From: Eledone cirrhosa
Taxonomy: Eukaryota
Assembly: GCA_964016885.1 (NCBI GenBank)
Contig: OZ024743.1
Coordinates: 93,496,001-93,560,000 of the forward strand
Direction of reading: 5' to 3'
Length of the DNA: 64,000 nt
The notes under the pieces are model-generated. The model was not told the DNA's origin and did no database searches. It saw only the letters and a program-made list of their open reading frames with translations. Position numbers and translations under genes: made by a program. This document shows, in pieces, positions 52,077 to 64,000 of this stretch. How positions within the stretch are numbered: the first letter of the stretch is position 1; the number at the start of each line of letters is the position of its first letter.

Positions 52077-52639
52077 TATATATATATATATGTCATAATA
52101 TAGTAATAAAACATATATTGCTATGTTACACAGATTGCAAACATTATTTGATACAGATCTCTACACACAGAGTAGAGTAAGATAATTTATTTTATAACAA
52201 TAGATGGCCTGTTAGAAATGTTACCTAGTGGCTGATCACAACTAGGAAACTTGTATTGTAAGTTACTGCTACTTAATGTGAAGAAGGCACATGGCCAACT
52301 GGTAAGGGTATTAGGCTTGCAATCATAATGCCGTGGGTTTGATTCCTGGGCTGGGTTGCGTGTTGTGTTCTTGATCAAAAACACTTAGTTGTTCCAGTAT
52401 ACTCAGCTGAAAATGAGTACCAGCAATAGCTGGGGGTTTAACCCTGCAATGGACTGGTGTGCTGTCCAGGGGGGGAATCTTGTAATCAGTTACTTCACGC
52501 CATGAAACTGGGATAAGCACTGGCTCAAAGCGCTGCTTGCAGCGCACAAGGGTATTTGTGTATGCTACTTAATGATATATATATGTTTGTGGTTGACAGC
52601 TGAGAGAAAAGAGTACTCAATACCGAAGTAGAGTATTAA

Positions 52640-52980
52640 TATTCATTTTATTAAGGCTAAATATTTTCTACTTTTGGCACAAGGCCAGCAATTACTCAGT
52701 ACATTACTGGTACTTTATTTTATCAACCCCATAAGGATGAAAGGCAAAATTAACCAACGGGATTTGAACTCAGACCGTAAAGGGACGTAACTCTGTTGGA
52801 AAGCATGGCGTCCGACCCTCTACCGATACTGCCAATTCAAGGCTAAATAGTGAGTCTTGTTACTGTGGGTTTTGCCTGTTTATCACGGTCATCAGACAAG
52901 AACTCTTGTCTAATGATCCTGTTATAAACACGAAACTCCAGAGTAACAAGACTCACTGTTTAGCCTTAATAAAATGAATA
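52640..52980. repeat. Diverged palindrome of two divergent hammerhead copies; left arm interrupted by a SINE
   Basis: TATTCATTTTATTAAGGCTAAATA[SINE]GTGAGTCTTGTTAC...CATCAGACAAGA-AC-TCTTGTCTAATGA...GTAACAAGACTCACTGTTTAGCCTTAATAAAATGAATA. Confidence 0.8.
52664..52838 (-). mobile_element. tRNA-derived SINE (Meta-like) with 11-bp TSD
   Basis: AAGGCTAAATA at 52653-52663 and 52839-52849. Confidence 0.85.
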
Positions 52981-54539
52981 ATATATATATATATATTCAT
53001 TTTTGATAGGCTTGAGTATGCAAAACAAACTGATTATAGGGCTCAATGCTGGTTGTAGAGTCAAAATAATATTGACTTTTTTTTTTTTTTTTTTTTTAAG
53101 TTTCACAGATATTAGTTTCTGCAAATAGTTTTAAGAAATTGGTAAATTGGTACCAACATAATTTCAGTTAGCTATCACTGTTGAAAATAAATATTGTATT
53201 TTGTCATCATCATCAGTATTAGGTGCACTTTCTCATGCTGGCATGGTTTGAACAAGATTTTTTTATGCAGAATACAACAACTAGATGTTTATATATATAT
53301 ATGTGTACAGTGTTGGACTGGCTAGGTTGCCCAATGGCAAGTTAATCATTCTAGTATTTTATTGGCTTTGCTTTCAAAAAATATATTCTAAATAAAGTCT
53401 TAGAGAAAGAATAAAAAAATGTTAAAAGCTAAATAAGCAAAGCAATTGGTCAAACAATTCCTTAGGGAATTAATAGAAACCAAAATATGATAGTGCTAGC
53501 AGTTAGAATCTCTGGTGGTTTGAATTTATAGCTTCCTGTACTCATGCATGCATACATATATACTCACACATACACAGCTGCTGGCCAAATAATTTTTGAT
53601 ATCAATGAGTTAAAGACATAAAATCAATTAGTGGTCAGTTTTTCAGTCTAAAATCCCTAAGGAAAAGTATAATTGTACAAGTTGAAAACATTTATGTATA
53701 CATATATATAAATCTATGTACACACATACACACTCCCAGATATATATGTTGAGTGAATGTGAAAGACCAAAGGTCATTATTGAAAGTCTCTGGATGTGGA
53801 TATATCACAAGGTACTTATATTTTTTTATTGGAGAAGATAAGAATGGTCACTAGTATACTATACATTCACAATTATAACATTTAGGTATTACTGCATACT
53901 GTCAGTAATATGTACAGTATATATACACTATAATTAGTAAAAAAATACACATTGTTTTCCACAAAAATTTGATTGCACTGTTTTGTTTTTGCTTATGTAT
54001 TTTTTGAAAATCTTATTTATTCATTATAAAAATTAAATGAGCATTCTATATGTGGGTGGGCCCCCTTTATCCCCTAGCAACTAATATTTTTAGACCCAGT
54101 CTGCCACTGTGTACATGAATATTCAATCTACCTTTGGCAAGTTTAGTTGTTTGATGGGTAAGGATAAATGAAATGTACTTTACTTTCAGAAACAAGGGTT
54201 GATGTCAGAAAGTGCATCTAGCTGTAGAATACTGCTTTAAAACCTTCTCCAACCCATGTCAGCATGGAAAAGCAAACATTAACATAATGATCCAGATTAT
54301 GGTGTTTTTACACACATACAGATGTGTGTTAATCATCATCATCACTGTTTAACGTCCATTTACCATGCTAAGATAGGTCGTCCACGTCAAGAGACAAGTC
54401 TGCTTTGACGGGACTGTAAATTTGGCCAGGGTTTTTACTGCTGGTTGACCTTCCTAAGACCAACTACATTTACAGTGTTACAGTATACATATATATATGT
54501 GTGAGTGTCTGTCTCTCTCTCATATATATATACACCACC

Positions 54540-55325
54540 CAAACCATTCCTGCACTACCTATGCCTTCAAAAATCTACTGACTCTCACTCCCACCTTAAC
54601 TTCACTTCTTCCCACACTAAACAAGCCATCGCATACTCCCAATTCCTCTACCTCTCTTGTTTGTGTAACCACAACTAGGACTTCAAGATCCAATCTTCAA
54701 ACATGGGTATCCCCACACTCTAGTCAAAGCTGCCTTCATCCATGTCCATCTAATTGACCATACTACCACTCTCTCCCTATGTCCCTATCCCCCTTTCTTC
54801 TCAACTATGTTTGATCCCACCACCCTCCATATCTTCCCCAACACACCCTTACCCTCATTTAAGCGCCTGCAATCTTCATGAAATTTTGGTTCTTCGAGAC
54901 TGGTTCATTCATACCCAACACCCACAGCCACACCTTCAACCTCATCTACTGCCTAAGATGCTTGTTGTTCTCCATCCTTTCATCCACCAGTTGGCAAACC
55001 ACTTCACCAAAGATGTCCCTGGCATCTTGGAAATGTTTTTCCTATTCCTCGTTCCTTAGTTCCCTGGAAATTCCACCAATTTGAATGAATTCAGAGCCTA
55101 TCTCCACCACAAACCAGTCCAAACTATGCCACAAGCAACAATTTTCTGTTAACACACCTCCATCCCACATGGTTTGAATTCACTATCTCTCTTCCTCAAA
55201 CATCTCTACCACATGCATGCTTAAGATTTATATTCTTACATGGCTGCAATGTTTCAGCTAAGCGTGTTTTAGTTGCTGTGGTTCATTTTTTCTGATGAAA
55301 CATCATGAGCATGTAAAAATATGAA
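54540..55325 (+). mobile_element. Highly decayed Penelope-like remnant (GIY-YIG region plus 3' hammerhead relic)
   Basis: Frame fragments GYP...LVKA, NLIYCLRC, QLANHF and HGLN. Downstream TTCATTTTTT-CTGATGA...TGTA-AAAATATGAA. Flanked by TA/TC microsatellites. Confidence 0.45.
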
Positions 55326-55351
55326 TATATCTACATCTCTCTCTCTCTCTC

Positions 55352-55403
<52 letters not shown>

Positions 55404-56749
55404 GATATATATATCAAATTATATATGTGAGGAGAAAATTGACACCACACATATATATATATATACACATGTATCTGTGTGTATATCTTCATATATATAT
55501 TCAGCAGATGTGGATACAATAAACCACATGGAAGGCAGTAACTTTGAGTAGATAAAACTGTAGAGGGAGGGCATAGACCCTGTAAGCTGTAGTGAAGGCA
55601 ACCTGTCTGGGAAAGCACTTGTTCTGAATAAAAGCCAATACAGGCTAGAGAGGACAGACAACCTCGTTAGTGCTGGTGGCACTGTAAATGCACCATGTCT
55701 ATGCTGCAATGTAGTTAGTGTTAGGAAGGGCATCCAACTGTAGAAACCAAGCCAAAATCAGTTTTGTATAAGCAAGATGTGGTCATCTGTCCTGGCTTGT
55801 TTCACAACAGGACAATTTGTCTAACCCATGCTAGCATGGAAAGATGGATGTTAAATGGTGATGATGATGATTGTACATTGGTAAAACATTTAATATAGAA
55901 GACCTTATGAAATAAATATTTCATATAAAATATAACTGCTACTTATAAGTTTCACCTTTTTAGTGACTCTGGACTGAATTCAAATTCCAATTTCTTTATA
56001 GTCAATATTGATGAGGTGCATTGTTTGATTGCTATTTTCCCTAAGTGTTTTGTTTTAGGAAAGAAGTGGTGGAATGTATGTTTTTGCTGTCAATCAGTTC
56101 CTTTGGCTGACATCAGCTTATTTTCTTTTCATGTTTGGTCTCAGTAAAGTCAACATCTCTGCATCATATACGAAAGGAAACAGATATAGAAAATTTTCTA
56201 AGCAGTTGTTGAACTGAAAAAAAAAAACTTGGCTGAGTCCAAAATTAACAAATGGTAAAAAGAAGAGATTATAATAAATCAACATAAATCTGAGGCACCA
56301 AGAAAAATTTGACAATATTCCTGTTTAAAACTTGTTCAAAAGGCTGTTTGAGCAGCCAAGAATTGGATGATGACCTGAGCTCAATTTGTCTGAATATGCT
56401 GTAAATGGGTATTTAATTCCAAACAAAAGATCAAGAGGACTCTTCAACTGTGTCAACGATATTACCCCCCTCCCTAGTACTGGTGTCACAAAAAAAAGGC
56501 TCTCGGCCCAATCTGTAGAGTGCAGGAGCAAGATGTGGCCTCTGGCTGGTTTAGAGGCTCTGATTAAGTACTGACTTGGTCTGTGATAACCCATCCAATT
56601 CTTGCTAGCAAGGAAAACAGATATCAAATGGTGATGATGATGATTTAATAGTAAACACCAGAAATCCTGTTCAACCACAGTCAGTATCAATCCTTGCTAG
56701 CCACTGATTTTATCATGAGATCTGAATCAACCAATGAGGAAGAGTTTTG

Positions 56750-57010
56750 TTCAACATCCAATGAGAATCAGCCTTATTTAAAATATCTAAAGACTGTATT
56801 TATTTTATTTTATTATAAAGCTTTAATGCAGATTTGTGTCCAACAGAATGGACATTAAATGATGTTGATGATGACACATGCACATATTTGTTTGCATAAA
56901 TCTGTTAGACACAAATTTGCATTAAAGATTCATAAGAGAAGAAAAAAATTGATCATTCAGATGCCGAGTCCTTGTGTTTAAAATAAGGTTGATTCTCATT
57001 GGGTGTTGAA
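56750..57010. repeat. Diverged foldback element
   Basis: TTCAACATCCAATGAGAATCAGCCTTATTT pairs with AAATAAGGTTGATTCTCATTGGGTGTTGAA. Inner pair 56821-56847 / 56901-56927. Confidence 0.75.
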
Positions 57011-57285
57011 TAATATATATATATACAGGGAGCTGTAAAAGTAGGTATACAGTAAGGATTATACCAGTATTACAATAGAAAGGATGATGTTATCAACAGA
57101 GCTGAAATATTATGTCTGCTCAACATAGTTGATCACTACCTTAGGTTCCAAAACATGTCCCTATATTAGCCATAAAGTTTTATTATGGCATGCTTGGGGA
57201 TGCTTTTCATCAGGCGAGTATATATATTTATATATATACTAATTCACATATTCACTCACAATTATATTATATATATATATATATA

Positions 57286-57386
57286 CAGGGTGTCCCCCCA
57301 AAATATATGCACCTTTTCATTACCTGTACAGGCAATATTTATTAGAATGCACATCCTTTGTGTATACATTTTTGGGGGATACCCTG
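57286..57386. mobile_element. Tc1/mariner-type MITE (101 bp)
   Basis: TA|CAGGGTGTCCCCCCAAAA ... TTTTGGGGGATACCCTG|TA. Confidence 0.75.
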
Positions 57387-57818
57387 TATATATATATGAA
57401 AAGTTTTTAATGGTGACTAGATTCACCAATGATATCGCATAAAACCACAAAGAAAGGCATACATATCATAATCATCATTTTATGTCTGTTTTTCTATGCT
57501 TCCATGAGTTAGACTTGTCTTTTCTAACACAGCCTCCCTTTACTGTAAGGTTCAATTTCTCATTAGTTCTACCAAGGTGTTCCTTCTACTGGGACTTCAT
57601 ACATGTCATCATCTCTTCACATCACATACCAATTCAATCTGTTCCCTTGCACAGTTTTTCCTCTCAGTTTATTCATGCACACTAACATTACATATCCACC
57701 AGAGCATGCTCGACTCGTTATTCTCCAGCCTTTGCATATCCTCTGCATTTACTACCCGTGTTATATATATACACACATACATTTTATATATATATATATA
57801 TATACACACATACATAAT

Positions 57819-57902
57819 AAATTTAATATAAAAAGCTTTCCTGACGATTTACTTCGAATGGAACAGTTCTAGTCCTGTAGAAGTCATTTCTATATTAAAT
57901 TT
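57819..57902 (+). ncRNA. Solo copy of the 6587-type hammerhead (core GAAA mutated to GGAA)
   Basis: TTC-CTGACGA-TTTACTTCGAAT-GGAA-CAGTTCTAGTCCTG-TA-GAA. Distal helix I AATTTAATATA/TATATTAAATT. Confidence 0.6.
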
Positions 57903-58008
57903 GTTGTATACTTTACTAATGTAACCTGGAACTCATATATATATACATATATATATATATTGAAAACAAAGTGGGGTTTCACATTAAGGTCTTTATTGAT
58001 TATACATA

Positions 58009-58090
58009 GTTATGACAGTTTCACAGATGGCTGGCTCAGGATCTATATAAATGCTATAGATCCGACTTCAGCCTGGTCTGTTTTTCAGAC
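58009..58090 (-). ncRNA. Degenerate hammerhead-like motif with long helix II hairpin
   Basis: Minus strand CTGAAAA-ACAGA..GGCTG..GGATCTATA-loop-TATAGATCC..CAGCC..TCTGT-GAAAC-T-GTC. Helix I is weak. Confidence 0.4.
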
Positions 58091-58412
58091 TTGTTAATCA
58101 AGCAAAGTTTTCAATATATACACTCTGCTGTAGCATAGAGTGCTGATTTTGGTACTTGCCTCAGTAAATCACTAATGTACTGAACTACCTAGTATATATA
58201 TATAATATAAAAAATAAAATTCAAAAGTGGTTGCAATAAACAAATTCCATTATATATAGTGGCTGCTGGCCACATTTTCCCCTTATATGGGTATTTTATC
58301 CAATTTTCTAAGCTATTATTTATAGTAATCAATGTTGTTATTGTTATTTTCTGTATTTGGGATTGCCACATTTTCAAATTCCAACTCACCCAGTACTTTG
58401 TTAATTCACAAG

Positions 58413-58465
<53 letters not shown>

Positions 58466-58470
<5 letters not shown>

Positions 58471-58675
58471 TGTAATAAACAACATAAGACAATTATTCCA
58501 TTTGCCAAAGGTTTCACGAAGACAGACGAGCTCGACACAGACATCTGAAATTGCTCATCAGAATGAAAAACTTTTCATTCTGATGAGCAATTTCAAACGT
58601 CTGCGTCGAGCTCGTCTGTCTTCGTGAAACCTTTGGCAAATGGAATAATTGTCTTATGTTGTTTATTACATAACT
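58466..58675. repeat. Near-perfect palindrome (104-bp arms, 2-nt spacer) of two divergent hammerhead-like copies
   Basis: Axis at 58570/58571. Each strand reads TTTCATT-CTGATGA-(39 nt)-GAAA-CC-TTT-GG-CA-AATGGAA. Confidence 0.9.
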
Positions 58676-61584
58676 CAATAGCTCTGTAGCTTACATAGAG
58701 CACTCTCCTTTCCTTTACCCTTCCTATGGAAATATTTAATATATATATATATATATACATATTATAAGGTAGCATATGGCAGTCAGAGTGTCAGACACAA
58801 ATTTTATGGTATTTTCTTCTACACACATTTTTTTTCTCTGGATTCATAAAAAAAAGTGGTAAGAAATTCTTTTCAGATCTTTCATTAGTAATTCTGCACA
58901 ATTTTAGAAATATTCATTTAAATTTATATTCTATTTTCAAACTCTTTCTGTAGATGGTTACTAATTATGGTAGTTTATTGTAGGTTAAAGTAAGTAATCA
59001 CACACATTATATATGTCATATTTTGATATTTTAAATATCTAAAATGTTTGTGTCCAAAGGAAAAAAAAAAAAAAAAAAAAAAGTTCATCCAGTGGAATAT
59101 TTACCACAATTTTAAATAAGTTGTTGAAATTTTCAGAAATTTCAATTCCAAAAGACACATCATCATCATCATCATTTTACATCGGTTTTCCATGCTAGCA
59201 AGTGTTGGGTGGGTTATCACCAGATGGGTTGGAGCAACCAATCTTGCTCATTGTGTTCCATATTTGGCGTGGTTTCTTTGGTTGGATGCCCTTCCTAATG
59301 CCAACCAATTTACAGGGTGCACTAGGTTTGTTTTGTTGTGACACCAACACTTCCACTTTACAGGGTGTCCCAGGTGCATTTTATTGTGGCACTAGCACTA
59401 AAGAAGTTGTCACTTAAGCCAGACAGAAGAGTGTCCTCAAACCATACATTATCTTCATTTGATTGCCAAACACTAGCCAAAGAAAACCAACCCTATCAGA
59501 TTACTTCAAAAAGCCAATATCCATCTGGCTATTTGTATATATGTTAAAGTGTATGATTCAATTAAAGGAATAATGTTATTGGACTTTGAATACCAATATA
59601 TAAATCTGTAAACTTTGGTTTAAAATAAAGGTCACATAAGTATATACATACTGGAGAAAGTGTTTGCATATTCATTTTTATTTTCATTCTGATATTAGAT
59701 ATGAATAACAATTTTTCAGGTGAAAGGCAGTAAAATTGATGTAAATGCTTTGAAACAATGTTATACAATGAAGAGTCCTGCCCAAAACAGAGTTTTCCTT
59801 GAGGCAATAATCTATTCCACTTAGGAAACTGCTTGGATTAAAAACTTTAATATCACCCCATTTCATTCCCTCCTTGAGCATCATCGTTTTTCTTTTTCTT
59901 TTTTCTTTTTACATCTGTTTTTTCCACATTTGCATAGTTAAATAAAAACGCATGACCAAGTTGAGCTCATGTTCTTGGTTTGTTTCTGAATTGAAGCCAT
60001 TTTGCTTCAATGTTTTTGGAAGGTGCATAATAGATAATCAAGCCATTTCATTTTCCTAAATTGAAGGAGAGTCATGAATAGCAGAGTTAGTAGATTACCA
60101 CCCAACAGTGCTTTATATCCTTACTGCAATTTATTTTAACCATCTCTCCACCAATTTCTACTTAGCTTTGCATACATAACAAGCAATGATGGTACTAAAT
60201 TAAATTCATTGGATTGGAAGGTAATTGTGAGTAAGTGTTTTTCATGTAAAATCTTGTTCTTTACTTTATCACATATTCTAATGAATTCGTGATAAAGAAA
60301 TTTTCTTTTTATCCCTTCAAGTGAAATGGAATGGCTATCATGTATATCCTAAATGATTAGGTTTTAATTTAGAAACAAGCCTAGAACATGAATTCAAATG
60401 GGCTATAGGTTGACCAAGTTGATAGAATACTGGAAACCAGTTTAAGTCAACAGTTTATGTTGTGTCCAGGTCCAGGGTAAAAACATATGACTTTCAACAG
60501 CTATCTCTCTGAATGTACTGCAGGGTGATAAAATTCATTTGTTACAAGCAGCAATGAAGAAATAAAAAATGATTCATTGGCAGATCCTACCAGGAATTGT
60601 TAGATCTGGAAGAAGGAAGTGCCCATGGCTTTCACAAAGACCAATGAGATTGATGTTGTTCCTGTAGGAAAGACATGAGCAAGAAGGAAGTTGCAGAGGG
60701 TCAGCTTTCTGGGTAGGGAGGACTTGGCACAGTAATTAGTGTGTGGCCTGGTGAATTGAACACAACATGGGTGATTAGAGGAGAGATGAATAAGTCAAAA
60801 TGGCCTGAGACGAGCAAGATTCAAGCGAGCAGAGGCCATTGTTAGGAGACAGCATATCAGTAGGCCAGAGCCTGGAGCATGGTTATATGCCAATTAATCA
60901 AGTGGCTCTTCTTGGGATGTTATCTAGGATGTCTGAGTGTTCAGCAGTAACACCCCTTAATTGTGAGAACAATGCTTCAAAGAGAGAGAGAGATTTGTTT
61001 TGTCAGTTTACACACACTTCACCAGCGACATGGAGATCTATGAACTTACAGACATACTTATCATGTATATTGATTTCTTTAACTTTCTTCTCTTATTCTT
61101 CTTTGTCCACTTATTCCTGGGATGGTCATGGGTGAAGAGTCACCAGACACACCTTCCAGCAGGTCCTATCAGAAGCAACCATCTCCAATTGATCTGGCTG
61201 GATCCCCAAGCAAGAAAAACTTGATAGTCTCTAATTTTAAACTCAATTGATCAGTTCCCCTAGGCTCTACCATAGGTAGGTAAGGTTAGCTAAATAGTGA
61301 AATTGGGGCACACAATAACTGACAAATATATAATAAGGCTGCAATGAGTTCAATTCCTTCATAGGTTAAACCTGCAATAAATTGGTTCATCGTGCTTCAT
61401 TCCATAAAATGTTAGAATAAGCAACAGTAAACAACACTTTTAATAAGGTGTAATTCTTGAAGGTAAGCTGAATGTTTGGAGGTAAAAAACAGCTTAAATT
61501 CAATCAAGAGCCATCTACAACCTCAGCCCATATCCGCTCCAAACCCACAAAAAGTAAAAGACAAATGAAAACCATTTGTAGAAA

Positions 61585-61869
61585 TAATACCACAACATCC
61601 AGTCCTAAATAAATGAGGTCGTGTAGGTGTCACGACAAAAAAACACACAGTCCACGCTGTAATGTGGCCATGTAGGTAACACGGTAAAAACCTCCCAGTC
61701 CACACTGTAAACGTGGTTGGTGTTAGGAAGGGCATCCAGCCGTAGAAAACCCGCCAGGCAGTCCTATACGAGCAAGACAACCAATCTTGCCTCACGTGGG
61801 ACAATTCCCGTCTAACCCATGCTAGTGTGGACGATAGACGTTAAACGATGATGATGATGATGATGATGA
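61585..61869 (+). mobile_element. RTE 3' UTR fragment
   Basis: Matches about 29700-29984, with a GAT tail. Confidence 0.8.
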
Positions 61870-63203
61870 ATTCAAGCTAAAGATAAAAAACAGAATATTA
61901 AAAAAGTTTTTATTATTATACAGTTTGGCACAGCGTTGAACGTCAATATGATTTGCAGCATACAATTCTGAGTTTAAATTCTGCTGAGGTTAGATTTGCC
62001 TTTTATCCTTACGAGATTGATAAAATAAAGTACCAGTAATGCACTGGGGTCGATCTAATCGACTTTCCCCTCCTCCAAAATTGTTGGCTACATATGGGCA
62101 CGTGGAAACAGGTTGATTTTTTTTAAAGAAAATAAAATGACGCAAGGTAAATTCAAACTTATATGTAAGTGAAACAATTCTATACAGAATTAAAACTAAT
62201 ATATGACATTTAATTTAGTAAAAACTTACTACCACTAGATAAGAAATTCATATCATTACTGATTAAATGGCAAGCTTTTATATAGTTGTTCTTCCTTGGG
62301 AAGTTGCTACTACTAGCATCTATACTTAATTTTATAGAAGGTTGATTGATTATAGGTATGTGATGATGATAGTTGTAGGCAATGAGTTATGTAACTTATG
62401 CTGAAGGATTTTTAGGACAAGGGTCAGAGATATTTCTAGAGTTATTTGACCAGACAATATTGCCTGGACGTATCAATCAATTCTCTTTGTTTCTTCTAGC
62501 AACCAGAAGTTTTTTTTTGTGTGTAGAATATATTGAAAAGTTATAACTGGTTCAATCAGGAGGCCTACCACTTAAATCAATTGGATTAGCTTGTTCTTTG
62601 TTAAGTATGGACGTACACTGAGTGTTCTTATAGTTGTTGCAAATTGCCAAAATAGTGGACAATGCTGGAAAAGTGGGATTTGTTTCAACAATGAAAATCT
62701 TTATAAATCTCCCCATGTACCACCTGAAAGGAAATATGTCCTATCCTCATAAACTTTCTATGAAAGGAGAATGTGAATTGTATAACATGGAGTAAGTGAA
62801 AGGACTGAACCTTAGTTTTATTCCATTTATAGGTGAACAAATACTTATATTTCATACTTGCTAGAGTAAAGAGGAGTTATTTCTTATTCGATATTTACAT
62901 TTATCTAAATCAGGCATGAGCAACCCTTTTCAAGCAGTTAATTACATACAATATGGCTCATCATAAGGTGGGCTGCACTACTAAAAAATTCAAGGCAATT
63001 TTGTAATTAGGCATGCATTCAGAACACATTTTTATTGCTATGGTATTATTTTATTTCGTTTACACACATGGTTTTTGTTTTATAGCAAATGTTATACCTT
63101 CTATATATTACTCCCTCCACTACAAACACACAAACCTAGTCTCTCCTCCATATGTTCTTAATATATATAATATAATGTAGCATAAGTTTTTAGTATTTTT
63201 CAT

Positions 63204-63366
63204 TCACTTAAATTTGTTTATTCGACGCAGTGTTATATAAGCAATAAGCATGGAGATTACACTTATGCAAGAGAGACCAACAACATTTAACCACAAATCC
63301 CAAGGTTCTTTGTATGGAATGGCCTGCTCATCAAGGTAAGCGTTACCTTTTATTTCATTAATACCA
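63204..63366 (-). CDS. ABCG2-like (white-family) ABC half-transporter, last coding exon
   Basis: Minus-strand acceptor tttttctgtttcag. GNAYLDEQAI..PWDLWLNVVGLSCISVISMLIAYITLRRINKFK-stop resembles the ABCG2 C-terminus (G..YL..QGI...WGLW.N.VAL......L.IAY..L). Confidence 0.8.
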
Positions 63367-63462
63367 CTGAAACAGAAAAAAATTGATGTAGTATAGTTAA
63401 TACAAAGCATTGTGAGATATATAATAAATGACTGATAGGTTTCAAAAAGCTGGTATAATGTG

Positions 63463-63600
63463 GTAGAAATATATAAAGAGCAAAGGAAGACTAATAAAAC
63501 AAAACAAAGTAATATTTTACCCAGTATGTTGAACTATACTGGATAAAACATTATTTTGTTTTGTTTTATTTGTCATCCTTTGCTTTCTATATATATCTAC
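63463..63600. repeat. Diverged palindrome in the ABCG-like intron
   Basis: GTAGAAATATATA..GCAAAGGAAGAC..AATAAAACAAAACAAA..CCAGTA pairs with TACTGG..TTTGTTTTGTTTTATT..GTCATCCTTTGC..TATATATCTAC. Confidence 0.75.
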
Positions 63601-63654
63601 TGCATTCATCATCATCATCATCATCATTTTACATCCGCGTTTCCCTGCTTCCCA

Positions 63655-64000
63655 GCTTTTTGAAACTTAGGTGTAGAAGAATGGCTTGTGAAAGCAGTGC
63701 AAGCCATGTACAGAGGAGATTTCTGCAGTGTGAGTAGGAAGTGAATTAGTGAGGAACCCAAGGTACCGGAAGTAGTTCATCAAAGTTCAGTTCTTAGCCC
63801 TCTGCTTAGGATATCATAGTTCTCCAGGCCATAACAGATGAGTGTAAAACTGGCTGTCCAAGGGAACTTCTCTATGCAGATGATTTGGTCTTTATAGCTG
63901 AATCCATAAAAGAACTAGAAAATAAGTTCCGACTATGGAAATGGAATTTGGAATCAAAAGGTCTGAGAGTAAACTTTGCCAAAACTTAAGTGCTAGTGAG
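63655..64000 (+). mobile_element. Decayed RTE RT fragment running off the window end
   Basis: KLRCRRMA/LGVEEWLVKAVQAMY, HQSSVLSPL, ELLYADDL. Confidence 0.8.

Noticed and set aside
63463-63600. Palindrome as a fourth double-hammerhead
   Set aside because: No hammerhead core on either strand. Kept only as a generic foldback, as is 56750-57010.

Overview
AT-rich, intron-rich animal genomic DNA, inferred to be an octopus-like cephalopod from its repeat content: RTE LINEs with (GAT)n tails, tRNA-derived SINEs and (TA)n tracts. The main gene is a + strand phosphatidylserine synthase 1 (PTDSS1) orthologue. Twelve coding exons were found from 20779 to the stop at 44553, all GT-AG and phase-consistent. 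Exon 1 was not found and probably lies upstream of the window. The last coding exon of a convergent ABCG2-like half-transporter lies at 63204-63366 (-). The rest is mobile DNA: a non-autonomous Helitron (3488-12077) inflated by a Penelope-like element with an intact 670-aa RT/GIY-YIG ORF and a long RTE LINE, a second RTE copy, a piggyBac remnant with its MITEs, hAT and Tc1/mariner MITEs, SINEs, two minisatellites and several long palindromes. The most notable signal is a set of type I hammerhead-ribozyme motifs. Three sequence-unrelated palindromes (6572-6693, 52640-52980, 58466-58675) in or next to (TA)n tracts each consist of two hammerhead motifs fused head-to-head, one per strand, and several more solo motifs occur. 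All structures were folded by eye. No database search or computation was run.
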